From Candidatus Woesearchaeota archaeon (GTDB lineage: Archaea; Nanobdellota; Nanobdellia; Pacearchaeales; GW2011-AR1), in contig CAZLHJ010000001.1 in NCBI GenBank assembly GCA_964559675.1, positions 1-54,284 on the forward strand: a stretch of DNA of 54,284 nt, written 5' to 3'. Of the stretch, positions 17,169 through 26,730 are shown in pieces. The notes under the pieces are model-generated. The model had not been told where the DNA came from, ran no database searches, and saw only the letters and a program-made list of their open reading frames with translations. How positions within the stretch are numbered: the stretch's first letter is position 1; each line of letters starts with the position of its first letter. Made by a program: the position numbers and the translations under genes.

Positions 17169-17540
17169 TTTATTTTGTTTTAATTTATTTTTCAGAAAGA
17201 AGACTATTAATCAATTCTATTTCTTTATTTAAATAAAGTGAATGTGAATATGAAATTTGAAGTTAATGTTATACTTCTTCTTTCTATGATTCATTAAGAT
17301 ATTTTGCTTTTTTAAACCTTTGCCCTTTAAATTTCAGAAAGGAACTCAGATTCCTCCTGAGAGGATTTCCAATTATCTGCTCTAGGTATTCTTTATCTTA
17401 AGAATAAATTTATCTAGAAAAAAGAAAAGTAAAAATTACAAACTCTCTTGAGTATATAAATATTGTTTTACCCTCGATAGATTAAAAAATTGGGCAAAAC
17501 ATTTATATATCTATCAAGAGAGAAAGGTTAAATCAACAAA

Positions 17541-17645
17541 ATGGAAAATAAAGAGGTGTTGAGAAACGAATCTGTCGAAGATTCCGACGACAACTTTATT
17601 GAAGAAAACCTCGATGAAGTGTTTGACGGTCTCGAATTGAATTAA
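17541..17645 (+). CDS. unannotated 34-aa highly acidic small protein
   Basis: MENKEVLRNESVEDSDDNFIEENLDEVFDGLELN; TTTATATA box at 17502-17509 upstream and a hairpin-polyT downstream. Confidence 0.55.
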   Translation: MENKEVLRNESVEDSDDNFIEENLDEVFDGLELN

Positions 17646-17661
17646 TTAATTTTATTTTTCT

Positions 17662-17680
17662 GCCCGCTTGGGCTTTTTTT
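17662..17680 (+). terminator. GC hairpin plus T-tract terminator
   Basis: GCCC-GCTT-GGGC followed by TTTTTTT, right after the small ORF. Confidence 0.55.
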
Positions 17681-17723
17681 ATTTTACAATAGATTTAAAA
17701 TTTATTTTACAATAGATTTAAAA
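17678..17723. repeat. perfect 23-bp tandem duplication
   Basis: TTTATTTTACAATAGATTTAAAA x2, each copy containing an AGATTTAAAA TATA-like element. Confidence 0.85.
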
Positions 17724-17746
17724 AGCAAGTTTTAGATTGTTATTCT

Positions 17747-18001
17747 ATGACAGTAATAACACCAGAAACAAGGCAGAAGGTTCTAGACTTTCACTTAAAA
17801 AGCTTAAGAGACGGACTTGAAACAATATATCATCAACACGTTACTTTAAGCGATATTTTCCAATTAAGGGACTTAGTCTTAGAAGAAACCGCTCGCGCTC
17901 TAGACGAAGGCAAATCCCCTCTTAGTTTTCCAGTTAGAATGTTTGCATCAGACTTGTACTTATTAAATAAACATACTCTCCCTAACGGAGAATATCATTA
18001 A
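17747..18001 (+). CDS. hypothetical protein
   Basis: 84-aa ORF downstream of the duplicated TATA-like element. Confidence 0.6.
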   Translation: MTVITPETRQKVLDFHLKSLRDGLETIYHQHVTLSDIFQLRDLVLEETARALDEGKSPLSFPVRMFASDLYLLNKHTLPNGEYH

Positions 18002-18158
18002 CTTAATCTCAATAATAATTTCAAGATTAAATCTTAAACACTAGTTACTAGGGACTAAAATTCTAAAATCTAAAATAAATAAGTTCTAAAAAATAAATTG
18101 ATTAAACAAAAAACAATTAAGCTAAATATTTAGAATAATAAGAGATTAAAACAAAAAA

Positions 18159-19445
18159 TTAATTCTTTTTCTTGGTGATTTCAATACATACACCAGCTGC
18201 AACTGTTGTTCCAGCGTCTCTAATTGCGAATCTAGCCATGTGTGGATTTTCAGCTTGTGTTTCAAGTACAAGGTTTCCAATTGGTCTTAATCTTACCTTA
18301 GCTAATTCTCCATTCTTCAAAAAGTCTGGATTTGGTGTCTTTGTTCCATCAGGGCTTGTCTTTTCAATAAGCTCTACGAATTGACATGGAACTTGAGCTG
18401 TGTGAACGTGGAATACTGGCGTATATCCTTTAGCAATAACAGTTGGGTGTGAGATTACTGCAATTTGACCGATAAATTCTTCAACAACTGGTGCAGGTTT
18501 AGATGCTTCACAAATAACGTCTCCTCTAGCAACATCTTTCTTACCTACTCCTCTGATGTTTACTCCTACGTTATCTCCAGCTTCTGCTTCTGGAAGTGTT
18601 TCGTGGTGAGCTTCAACTGACTTGATTTCTCCCTCAATACCTTTTCCAGATCTTCCTGGTACAATTATAACTTTCATTCCAGCTTTCATTACTCCAGTTT
18701 CAATCTTTCCTACTGGAACTGTTCCAATTCCTGTAATTTCATAAGCATCTTGAATTGGCATTCTTAATGGTAATCCAGTTGGTTTTTCAGGTTCCTTGAA
18801 TAAATCTAATTGTTCCATTATTGTTGGACCCTTATACCAAGGCATATTTTCAGACTTCTTAACTAAGTTATCTCCCTTTAATCCTGAGATTGGGATGAAT
18901 GGAGTTGTCTCTGGATTATATCCAGCTTGTTTGATTAATACAGAAACATCAGCTTTAACTTTATTATAGTCTTCTTCTTTATATCCAACAGTATCCATCT
19001 TGTTAACAGCTACTGCAAGTTGTCCAACTCCCATTGTTCTCAAAAGCCATACGTGTTCTTTTGTTTGTGGTTGAACTCCAGCTCCTTGTCCAGCTGCTAC
19101 TGTTAAGAATGCTGCGTCAGACTGTGATGCTCCAGTAATCATGTTCTTAACGAAGTCTCTGTGACCCGGTGCGTCAATTATTGTAACGTCATATTTGTTT
19201 GTTGGTAATTTTTCATAAGAAAGATCAATTGTAACTCCTCTTTCTCTCTCTTCTTTGAACTTATCCATCATATAAGCGAATTCAAATCCAACTTTTCCAT
19301 GTTTTTGAGCTTCAGCTTTTAATTTCTCTAATTCTTGTGGAGATAATTTTCCAGAATCGTACATTAAGTGTCCAATTGTAGTAGACTTTCCATGGTCAAC
19401 GTGACCAACGAATGCAATATTGATGACAGGTTTTGTTTTAGCCAT
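18159..19445 (-). CDS. tuf: translation elongation factor EF-1 alpha
   Basis: [30 protein letters not shown]. Start placed at MAKTKP (19445); the upstream GTG at 19475 lies within an AAGGAGTGAT SD-like leader. Confidence 0.99.
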   Translation of the reverse strand: MAKTKPVINIAFVGHVDHGKSTTIGHLMYDSGKLSPQELEKLKAEAQKHGKVGFEFAYMMDKFKEERERGVTIDLSYEKLPTNKYDVTIIDAPGHRDFVKNMITGASQSDAAFLTVAAGQGAGVQPQTKEHVWLLRTMGVGQLAVAVNKMDTVGYKEEDYNKVKADVSVLIKQAGYNPETTPFIPISGLKGDNLVKKSENMPWYKGPTIMEQLDLFKEPEKPTGLPLRMPIQDAYEITGIGTVPVGKIETGVMKAGMKVIIVPGRSGKGIEGEIKSVEAHHETLPEAEAGDNVGVNIRGVGKKDVARGDVICEASKPAPVVEEFIGQIAVISHPTVIAKGYTPVFHVHTAQVPCQFVELIEKTSPDGTKTPNPDFLKNGELAKVRLRPIGNLVLETQAENPHMARFAIRDAGTTVAAGVCIEITKKKN

Positions 19446-19595
19446 TTTATGTTTTAATTTTTTTAATTGTATCACTCCTTAATTTATAGGGTATTTAAAT
19501 CTTTCGTTCAGGTGCATTTTACCGACGAAATAAATCTTTATTTATACCTTCATCAATTTCAAAGAGTAAATATTAAGCAGGTTTATCGAAGAGAG

Positions 19596-20018
19596 TTAAA
19601 GAGAAATCAAAATACTTCCTACAATTATCAAATTCAATAACCAGTAAATACTATTCAATGCCCACAATCCCCAAGACTTATTGTCCCAAAGAACGCTTCC
19701 AAGTAACGTTGTACTAGCAAAGAATCCTAGCCAAATCCAAAAACTAAATTGCATAACTTCTGTAAAATTATCGACGGAAGCATATTGAATTAGAAATCCA
19801 AAAACATAAACCATTAAGATTGTACCTAAGAAGTTTAATAACATGGGAGTTGTTATTCCCCTCACCTCTGCTTCTCTAATTTCTTTAACGCTCTTTCTGT
19901 TTAACTTAATCCATAATTTCCCAAAAAGTGGCCCATAAAACAACCATCCAAAAATAAAACTTACAACTGCAGCAATGAAAACTGCAAGATAATTTACATC
20001 AACACTCGGGAGAGCCAT
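19596..20018 (-). CDS. DUF1761-family membrane protein
   Basis: VNYLAVFIAAV..FIFGWLFYGPLFGKLW; four TM helices. Confidence 0.85.
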   Translation of the reverse strand: MALPSVDVNYLAVFIAAVVSFIFGWLFYGPLFGKLWIKLNRKSVKEIREAEVRGITTPMLLNFLGTILMVYVFGFLIQYASVDNFTEVMQFSFWIWLGFFASTTLLGSVLWDNKSWGLWALNSIYWLLNLIIVGSILISL

Positions 20019-20059
20019 AGATATTTTAAGAATTAGAAGTTTATAATCGTTTGTAGAAT

Positions 20060-20674
20060 TTAAGCAACCTCTAGAGATGCCCTATAACCACATTCTCCAA
20101 TGGGGCAATTTCGATCACACATAGCGTCTAGTTTTGGACAATATTTTCTAACTTGTAAATCTGATCTTCTAAATGGAAATTCAAATGCGGGTTTTCCAGA
20201 AACTCCGCCATCGGAATAAATTAAAGTAGGTTCTGCAATAGTATTCCCGAAGTTAGGAGATTGAGGGTTTAAATCTAATTCTTCAAACAAAACTCTTCCA
20301 TTTTTTGCACCATTAATTCCATAGAAAACTGGCGCAAAAAGCCCTTCGAAATATCCTTGAGATTTTCTGACAAATTGCAATATTTCAGCTAATTCTCCAA
20401 ACTCTTCTCGCGTAACAAAATCTCTTTGGGAAATTAAAAATAAGGGAGAGTAGGGATTTTCTGAAGCAATCTGATTAGCCTTCCTAGGTGAAAAATTTGT
20501 GAAATATTCATATAATCCTCCAGGAGTACTTCCCATTAAACAATGTTCTTGGGCAGTTTTCATTGTAAAACTATTGAGGAATTCATCAGAAACTCTATCT
20601 AGTATATCCGGAGAAGTCTTTCTAAGTAAGTCCTTAGGTAATTTTATTGTTCTTTTATTCAGTACCATTTCCAA
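20060..20674 (-). CDS. hypothetical protein with C-terminal 4-Cys cluster
   Basis: C-terminal CPKLDAMCDRNCPIGEC; no family recognised. Confidence 0.65.
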   Translation of the reverse strand: MEMVLNKRTIKLPKDLLRKTSPDILDRVSDEFLNSFTMKTAQEHCLMGSTPGGLYEYFTNFSPRKANQIASENPYSPLFLISQRDFVTREEFGELAEILQFVRKSQGYFEGLFAPVFYGINGAKNGRVLFEELDLNPQSPNFGNTIAEPTLIYSDGGVSGKPAFEFPFRRSDLQVRKYCPKLDAMCDRNCPIGECGYRASLEVA

Positions 20675-20818
20675 CCTTGTGTCGTCGACAAAGTAAAAAC
20701 TTTCGTTTTCTTGTCTAAAAAAAGATAAAACCAGGATATTTAAATATTATTAGATCAGAGAACTCATAAAATTTAATTGCTTGAGAAGGTTTAAAAGTTA
20801 GGTTCTAAGTGAATTTTT

Positions 20819-21751
20819 ATGGGATTAGAAAGAAAGCTTAGGGCAATACAAGACTTAAAAGCAAATCACTATATCGGAACTGCGCAGGCATGGGATTACA
20901 TGAAATTAACTGAAGCATTATATGAAAATCCTCGAAAGGTTTCAGACGATATAAACAAAGCAGTATCTTCCAGACAGAGATTGGTCTTCCCAGCAAATCC
21001 TGCAAGAATAGTTTTACTTGGGGAATTCTTCCAACAAGCATTTGATGAAATAGCAGATTCTGTTCAGGAATTAAATCTTGATGAAGACCCTTACTGGGAA
21101 CCAGGACACAGTTTATCTGAAAAAACAGATTACAGATCAGAAAAATTATTCCACCCCCTTGTAAATTTTGAAATCCTATTATTCCCTATGGTAACGTATT
21201 CTTGCGCTCAGCCAGAAAGATATTCACAATACCTTATTCCAATTTTCCAGAGAACTCAGGTAAATGATCCTACTGAAGAAGGTTTAGTAAATGAAGTTTT
21301 TGAAGATTTAAAACAGAATGATTTGCTACACCCAGTTGAATTAGAAAAGCTCCCTCTCATAATCTCCAAAACAGATTTTTCAAGATTTTTTACCGAGGGA
21401 GCCCTTAGAAATTATGAGAAAATGATGGGGATGAGCATCCAAATAGGCACTTTAAAGTTAAAAGATAGATTCGAAAGAATGGAACGAGATAGAATCGACC
21501 ATCGACTTGAGAATAGAAGAGAACTTGTAACTGAGTATGTAGATTCTCGTTTAGCACAGGTCGGAGAATTATCTTTCGAAGAAATAGTTGATGAATTAAA
21601 GAAAGTCATTGGAAAAGATCAACTGAAATTAGATATTTATGCAGCTTTCATATCTCCAGTAGGTCCCTCTAGGACTCTTCATTTTCAGAAAGCTTTACTT
21701 GGATTTTTAAACTCAGACAGAAATTTTGTCAGAAGATATTTAAAAAATTAA
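20819..21751 (+). CDS. hypothetical protein
   Basis: 310-aa helical ORF; no family recognised. Confidence 0.7.
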   Translation: MGLERKLRAIQDLKANHYIGTAQAWDYMKLTEALYENPRKVSDDINKAVSSRQRLVFPANPARIVLLGEFFQQAFDEIADSVQELNLDEDPYWEPGHSLSEKTDYRSEKLFHPLVNFEILLFPMVTYSCAQPERYSQYLIPIFQRTQVNDPTEEGLVNEVFEDLKQNDLLHPVELEKLPLIISKTDFSRFFTEGALRNYEKMMGMSIQIGTLKLKDRFERMERDRIDHRLENRRELVTEYVDSRLAQVGELSFEEIVDELKKVIGKDQLKLDIYAAFISPVGPSRTLHFQKALLGFLNSDRNFVRRYLKN

Positions 21752-22227
21752 ATCGTAAAACCTTTTTCTCTCGCAAGCTCTAAACTTTTATCTAAGTATT
21801 CTCTAAATGGGATCTCAACACGAGAATTCATTCTAGGAACGGGAAAATCCATACTTGAGAAAATTCTTCCCAAAGAAGTATCTACCGCCATGGTCTGAAC
21901 TAATCTATAGTTTTCAGGTAATGGTAATCCAATAATTTTTGCCACTTCTTGGATGGTAACTGCATGAATATATGGCCTAATTTCCCCTCTTTTTCTTAAC
22001 AACGCTTCAGGAGTTTTCGGACCAAGCGGAATAAATTCTTTCCAAGAGACTTCTCCCATACGATCTTCCTTTGCAGTTCTAACAGATAATCTCGAATATC
22101 CTGTATATTCTACCCTTTCATTATCTGCAAAATAATTAAATGCTATAATTCTCGAACCATTAACTGGTCTTCCAACTACTTTGTCAAAAAAAATTCGAGG
22201 ACTTTGTCTTGTATATATATTGCTCAT
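21748..22227 (-). CDS. hypothetical protein
   Basis: 159-aa ORF immediately downstream of fusA on the same strand. Confidence 0.7.
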   Translation of the reverse strand: MSNIYTRQSPRIFFDKVVGRPVNGSRIIAFNYFADNERVEYTGYSRLSVRTAKEDRMGEVSWKEFIPLGPKTPEALLRKRGEIRPYIHAVTIQEVAKIIGLPLPENYRLVQTMAVDTSLGRIFSSMDFPVPRMNSRVEIPFREYLDKSLELAREKGFTI

Positions 22228-22256
22228 GGTAAAATAAACTAGATTTATTTACAGAT

Positions 22257-24446
22257 TTACTGGTTCTCAGCTAATCCTTTTCTGTCTCTAATCTTTCTAA
22301 TTACGTTATCTTGTAATTCTCTAGGAAGTTTTTGGAATTGCTGATCTGCAAGTGAAGATACTCCTCTTCCTTCTGTTGCTGATCTTAAATCTGAACTCCA
22401 TCCAATCATTTCTGAAACTGGGATCTTTGATCTTATAACTACATCAATTCCTTCTTGTTGAACATCTAATAGAACTCCTCTCTTTCCACCAACTAATTGT
22501 GTTACTGCTCCCATAAAGTCTACAGGCGCTTCAATTAAGTGTGTCTGAACAGGTTCTAGGATTACTGCTCCACCTTTTTGCATTGTTTCAAACATACCTT
22601 GTCTAACTGTTGGATAAATTTGTGCAGGTCCTCTATGCATGTGGTCTACGTGAAGTTTTGCATCATGTAAGATTAACTTAGTTTTGATAACTGGTTCTTT
22701 TGCTAACGGTCCAGCATCAATAACCATTTTCCATCCATCCATAATTGAATCTATAACTTCTCCTAAAAGTACAAGACCTCTTGTTCTATCCTCGAAAACA
22801 TTTCCTTTATAGATTTCTCTATATTGTCTTGCTTCATCATTACTTATTCCTAATTCAGAAAGTTTTTTCCAAATGTCTTCAGGTTTCTTCTTTAATCTTC
22901 CCTCAGGCAATTCTCCTTTTTGGATAGATTCGAAAACATTATCTTCTAAAGGCTCAATACTGAAGAATAAAATGTTATGTCCATTTGGAGTTCTAACTTC
23001 AACTTTAGGACTTTCCCCACTTACAGATTCTCTATAAACTACGATTGGAGGGCCCATTTTAATATCAAGACCTTTTTCATTCTTGATTCTTCCTTCGATA
23101 ATCTCTAAGTGTAATTCTCCCATTCCAGATAATAAGTTCTCTCCAGTTTCCTCATTAATTTCAATCTTAATGGACGGATCTTCTTTACCAACTTTTCTTA
23201 AAACTTCAACTAATTTTGGTAAGTCTACAGATTTCACTACTTCAATCGACTTTGTAATAACTGGTTGGAATATGTGTTTGATTTCTTCAAATGGAGTTTG
23301 AGGTGTGGTAGTAACTGTTTCTCCAACATCTACATTTAATCCAGTAAGTGCAAGAACGTTTCCAGCAGGAACTCTTTCTAATTGCTCTGGCTTAATTCCA
23401 TTATATACTAGAACTTGTTGTACTCTTGTTTTTTTATTTGCGTTATTACAATGTAACTCCATACCATTAACAACTGTCCCAGAATATAATCTTCCAGCTG
23501 CAATTTCTTTTCCAGATCTTGGATCAATAACAATATTTGTAATAACGAATGCAACTTCTCCTTCTCTATTACAACTCAATAAATCTTGTCCAAATTGAGA
23601 ATCGATATCTCCTCTCCAGATTTTTGGAATTCTATATTTTTGAGCTGAAACTGGATCAGGTAAGTGCTTAACTGCCATATCTAAAATAACTTCGTGTAAT
23701 GGCGCATTTTTCCATATCCATTCTTTTCTTACTTCTTCATCTTTTTGATAAATATCTAAAATATCTTTAAAGCTAACTCCTTTTTTCTGCATGTAAGGAA
23801 CAGATAATGCCCAATTCTCTCTTGCAGATCCGAATGCAACGCTTCCATCTGTAACACTAACTTTCCATTTTTCTTTAAATTCTTCTTCTGCGATCTGCAT
23901 AATTAAGTTATTGAAATCAGTAATTAATTTCATAAATCTTTGTTGCATTTGCTCCGGTGTAACTTTTAATTCTTTGATTAATCTGTCAACTTTATTGATG
24001 AATAAAACTGGTTTTACTCTTTCTCTTAGAGCTTGTTTCAAAACTGTTTCTGTTTGAGGCATAATTCCTTCAACTGCACAAATAAGAACGAAAGTACCGT
24101 CAATAGCTCTCATAGCTCTTGTAACGTTTCCACCAAAGTCAACGTGTCCAGGAGTATCAATTAAATTAATTAAATATTCATTATCTCCAAAAGAGTGAGC
24201 CATAGATACGTTTGCAGCGTCAACAGTCATTAATCTTTCTTGTTCATCAGCATGTTGCCATGTTGTCATTCCTTCTTCTAAGTCTCCAGCGTTCTTAGAA
24301 GCCATCATACCTGCTGCAGCCAATAAGTTATCAGTAAAAGCAGTTTTTCCGTGGTGAATGTGCGCAGACGTAGCTACGTTTCTGATTGTCTTCTGGTTAC
24401 TAGTCAACCTGTTAATCTTCTGTAAACTTGTTTCTTTTTCAGCCAT
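22257..24446 (-). CDS. fusA: translation elongation factor EF-2
   Basis: DTPGHVDFGG, NKVD, MGELHLE, diphthamide loop HRGPAQ; G1 and G2 motifs are atypical (see findings). Confidence 0.98.
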   Translation of the reverse strand: MAEKETSLQKINRLTSNQKTIRNVATSAHIHHGKTAFTDNLLAAAGMMASKNAGDLEEGMTTWQHADEQERLMTVDAANVSMAHSFGDNEYLINLIDTPGHVDFGGNVTRAMRAIDGTFVLICAVEGIMPQTETVLKQALRERVKPVLFINKVDRLIKELKVTPEQMQQRFMKLITDFNNLIMQIAEEEFKEKWKVSVTDGSVAFGSARENWALSVPYMQKKGVSFKDILDIYQKDEEVRKEWIWKNAPLHEVILDMAVKHLPDPVSAQKYRIPKIWRGDIDSQFGQDLLSCNREGEVAFVITNIVIDPRSGKEIAAGRLYSGTVVNGMELHCNNANKKTRVQQVLVYNGIKPEQLERVPAGNVLALTGLNVDVGETVTTTPQTPFEEIKHIFQPVITKSIEVVKSVDLPKLVEVLRKVGKEDPSIKIEINEETGENLLSGMGELHLEIIEGRIKNEKGLDIKMGPPIVVYRESVSGESPKVEVRTPNGHNILFFSIEPLEDNVFESIQKGELPEGRLKKKPEDIWKKLSELGISNDEARQYREIYKGNVFEDRTRGLVLLGEVIDSIMDGWKMVIDAGPLAKEPVIKTKLILHDAKLHVDHMHRGPAQIYPTVRQGMFETMQKGGAVILEPVQTHLIEAPVDFMGAVTQLVGGKRGVLLDVQQEGIDVVIRSKIPVSEMIGWSSDLRSATEGRGVSSLADQQFQKLPRELQDNVIRKIRDRKGLAENQ

Positions 24447-24548
24447 TTTTCTTATTTTTTGATTAAATCCTCACATTTCCTTCTAAAATTGAGAACAAAC
24501 TTTTGTATTAATGAGGGTTTTTAAATCTTTATACTAAAATTTACAAAT

Positions 24549-25064
24549 TTATTTTCTATAACTTAATTTTTCTCTCATCGGAAATAAAAAGTATTTTCTA
24601 AATGGTCTAGACGTTAAAGCTGCAATTCCTGCACCCATAACTAGAGCACTACCTATTTTTTCAGCATCTGCTCCATTTGCAGCCAGCACTCCTGCATAAG
24701 CAGGACTATAAACACCGACCATTGCAAGGGTATCAATCAACCATGCCTTAAATCCTCCTTCCTTTTTATCAACTTTAAGCTTCTTATACAACCAATCTGC
24801 AGTTTTTATGTAGGTTTTAGCAACTGCAACGTCTATTAATGCTGAAGTCATCCTAGCTCCAACTATCTGCTCTGAATCTAACCCATTATAAGCCTCCATA
24901 GCCCCCATAATCGGAGTATACACTGCTACTTTTGCTCCAGTATCGATTAAATAATTAACAAAGAAATCTTCAATTCTCTTCCCTAATTTCTTCTTGGGAG
25001 ATTCATCTACTTGAACAATTTTTTCCAAATTTCCTTGATTTAAATTTCTTGTTCTTCCATTCAT
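24549..25064 (-). CDS. alaE: L-alanine exporter AlaE (YgaW)-family membrane protein
   Basis: GLDSEQ...R.....V.VAK.Y....D and LIDTLAM...YSPAYAGVLAANGAD align by eye with the AlaE pattern (GM..EQ...SR; AD.LAY..FQSPVY..IL...GAD). Confidence 0.7.
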   Translation of the reverse strand: MNGRTRNLNQGNLEKIVQVDESPKKKLGKRIEDFFVNYLIDTGAKVAVYTPIMGAMEAYNGLDSEQIVGARMTSALIDVAVAKTYIKTADWLYKKLKVDKKEGGFKAWLIDTLAMVGVYSPAYAGVLAANGADAEKIGSALVMGAGIAALTSRPFRKYFLFPMREKLSYRK

Positions 25065-25150
25065 GAAATCTCTAAAAAAACAAGGTAATTAAGAAAGTGT
25101 CCACCAAATTGGAGGGCAATATTTATAAGTCTATAAACACTCCAACTTAT

Positions 25151-25885
25151 ATGGATTTAGAAGTCCCACTTCAAGAGTATGGTCTGACGGATAAGGAAAT
25201 TAAAGTATACTTAACTCTTCTACCGTTGGGAACTGTTAATTTACAAGAAGTCGCAAAGAGATTAGATTTTCCAAGAACAACGGTCTACAACACACTTAAT
25301 TATCTCATCAGCAAAGGTCTCGTTTCAACAATAATAAAAAAGGGAGTTAATTATTTTTCAGCAGTAGATCCAGAGAAACTAAAAGATAAATTGGAGGAAA
25401 AGAAAAAATTAATTGAGTCAGTTCTTCCAAATTTAAAAGAGCTCAGAGGAAAAATAAAAGAATCTTCAAGTGTAGAGATTTATGAGGGGTTTAAGGGAGT
25501 ATATACTCTATTATGTGATGTGTTTAAGGAAAAGCAACAAACATATTATTTCGGAGGGTATGCAGGAGCTTTAGAGATTCTAAAGCACATTCCAGATCAT
25601 GCACGTCTAATGAGGCTTGAGAAAAAAATACCTGCAAAAATAGTAATTGCTCCAATGGATACAGAATTATTTCATAATCCAAAATATAAGAAACTTACAG
25701 AGATGCGTTTTCTTGAATCTATGAGGGATTTTCCTTGTATGATTCTAATCTACGGAGAAAAAGTAGCAATTCATACAGTTAAAGGAGATCTAGTCGGAAT
25801 AATAATCTCAAATAAAGAGATGGCCGAAGCAATGAAAATAGTCTTTGAAATGTATTGGTCACAAGCAAAACCTGCAAAACTATAG
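25151..25885 (+). CDS. TrmB-family HTH transcriptional regulator
   Basis: GLTDKEIKVYLTLL...PRTTVYNTLNYLISKGLV wHTH plus C-terminal effector domain (IYGEKVAI). ATG at 25151 follows a TATA box at about 25122. Confidence 0.88.
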   Translation: MDLEVPLQEYGLTDKEIKVYLTLLPLGTVNLQEVAKRLDFPRTTVYNTLNYLISKGLVSTIIKKGVNYFSAVDPEKLKDKLEEKKKLIESVLPNLKELRGKIKESSSVEIYEGFKGVYTLLCDVFKEKQQTYYFGGYAGALEILKHIPDHARLMRLEKKIPAKIVIAPMDTELFHNPKYKKLTEMRFLESMRDFPCMILIYGEKVAIHTVKGDLVGIIISNKEMAEAMKIVFEMYWSQAKPAKL

Positions 25886-25888
25886 ATT

Positions 25889-26638
25889 TTACATTTTCTT
25901 AGCAACAAACCACATTGTTTCAAAAAATGTCTTAAACGATTGCGCGATACCTTCATTTTTTATCAAAAGACAAGAGGGCTCTTCATCATAGGTTTGAATT
26001 AAAACCATATCTTTCAAGATCCCTATTGCTGAAGGAGTTATTCCATGCAAATACTTTATTTCAGTATATTTTATTTTTTTAAAAGCGTTATCTAGCTCTT
26101 TATTTTTTTCAGAGAAAAGAAATCTTCCCATTATCTTTCTTCTTGCTCTTTCTTTATGCCACTTTTCCCACATCACATTAAAAACTTCCCCTTTATCTCC
26201 TCTTACTCCCATAGCTATAACTTCGTCTTCTTTATCTAATTCATTTAATGCTTGAAATATCGCGGTTTCAAAACCCCTTACTCCAGAAAATAGGGTTGCT
26301 TGATGTTTTATAGAACTTAAATTGTGTAAATTTAAAAGTGTAGGCATCTGCTTTTCAATCTCTTTTTTCTTATCATTAAGGTTTTCTTCCTCTTCTTTTA
26401 GATAATCTAATATTTTTTCAGGAGAAGCGGCTGAGAAATATTTTGTTTTCTCTTTGACTATATGGCTAACAAGTCCCTTATTTTCCAATTTACTCAATAT
26501 TTGATATACTTTCCCTCCAGAAATTTTCGCTCTTTCAATTATCTTCCCTGTCGTAGTTTCGCCTATTTTCAATAAAGTAAGATACACTTTTATTTCCCCA
26601 TTCGTAAATCCTAATTCTCCTAATGTTTTCTCAATCAT
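25889..26638 (-). CDS. TrmB-family HTH transcriptional regulator (convergent paralog)
   Basis: LGFTNGEIKVYLTLLK.G...GKVYQILSKLENKGLV...FETMW; GGAG SD-like motif upstream. Confidence 0.9.
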   Translation of the reverse strand: MIEKTLGELGFTNGEIKVYLTLLKIGETTTGKIIERAKISGGKVYQILSKLENKGLVSHIVKEKTKYFSAASPEKILDYLKEEEENLNDKKKEIEKQMPTLLNLHNLSSIKHQATLFSGVRGFETAIFQALNELDKEDEVIAMGVRGDKGEVFNVMWEKWHKERARRKIMGRFLFSEKNKELDNAFKKIKYTEIKYLHGITPSAIGILKDMVLIQTYDEEPSCLLIKNEGIAQSFKTFFETMWFVAKKM

Positions 26639-26677
26639 CTCCTTTTGAGTAATTCTAAGTTTTTAATTCTTTACTTA

Positions 26678-26695
26678 CTCCCCACTAGGTGGGAG
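26678..26695. promoter_or_regulatory. GC-rich imperfect palindrome between divergent promoters; candidate operator
   Basis: CTCCCCAC-TAG-GTGGGAG (one bulged base) lies just downstream of the minus-strand TATA of the trmB paralog. Confidence 0.4.
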
Positions 26696-26730
26696 AAGAG
26701 ATTTATAATCTTATATAGTGCCAAAAAAAT

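Noticed and set aside
17230-17460. Possible ncRNA or leader peptide (MNHRKKKYNINFKFHIHIHFI) upstream of dnaG
   Set aside because: Only short AT-rich hairpins, no recognisable RNA family, and no independent support for translation.
15179-18384. Short ORFs at 15179, 16042, 16477 and 18172
   Set aside because: Antisense to the SAHH-like gene, dnaG and tuf.
20499-23598. Short ORFs at 20499, 20838, 21412, 23083 and 23305
   Set aside because: Opposite-strand overlaps with longer, better-supported genes.
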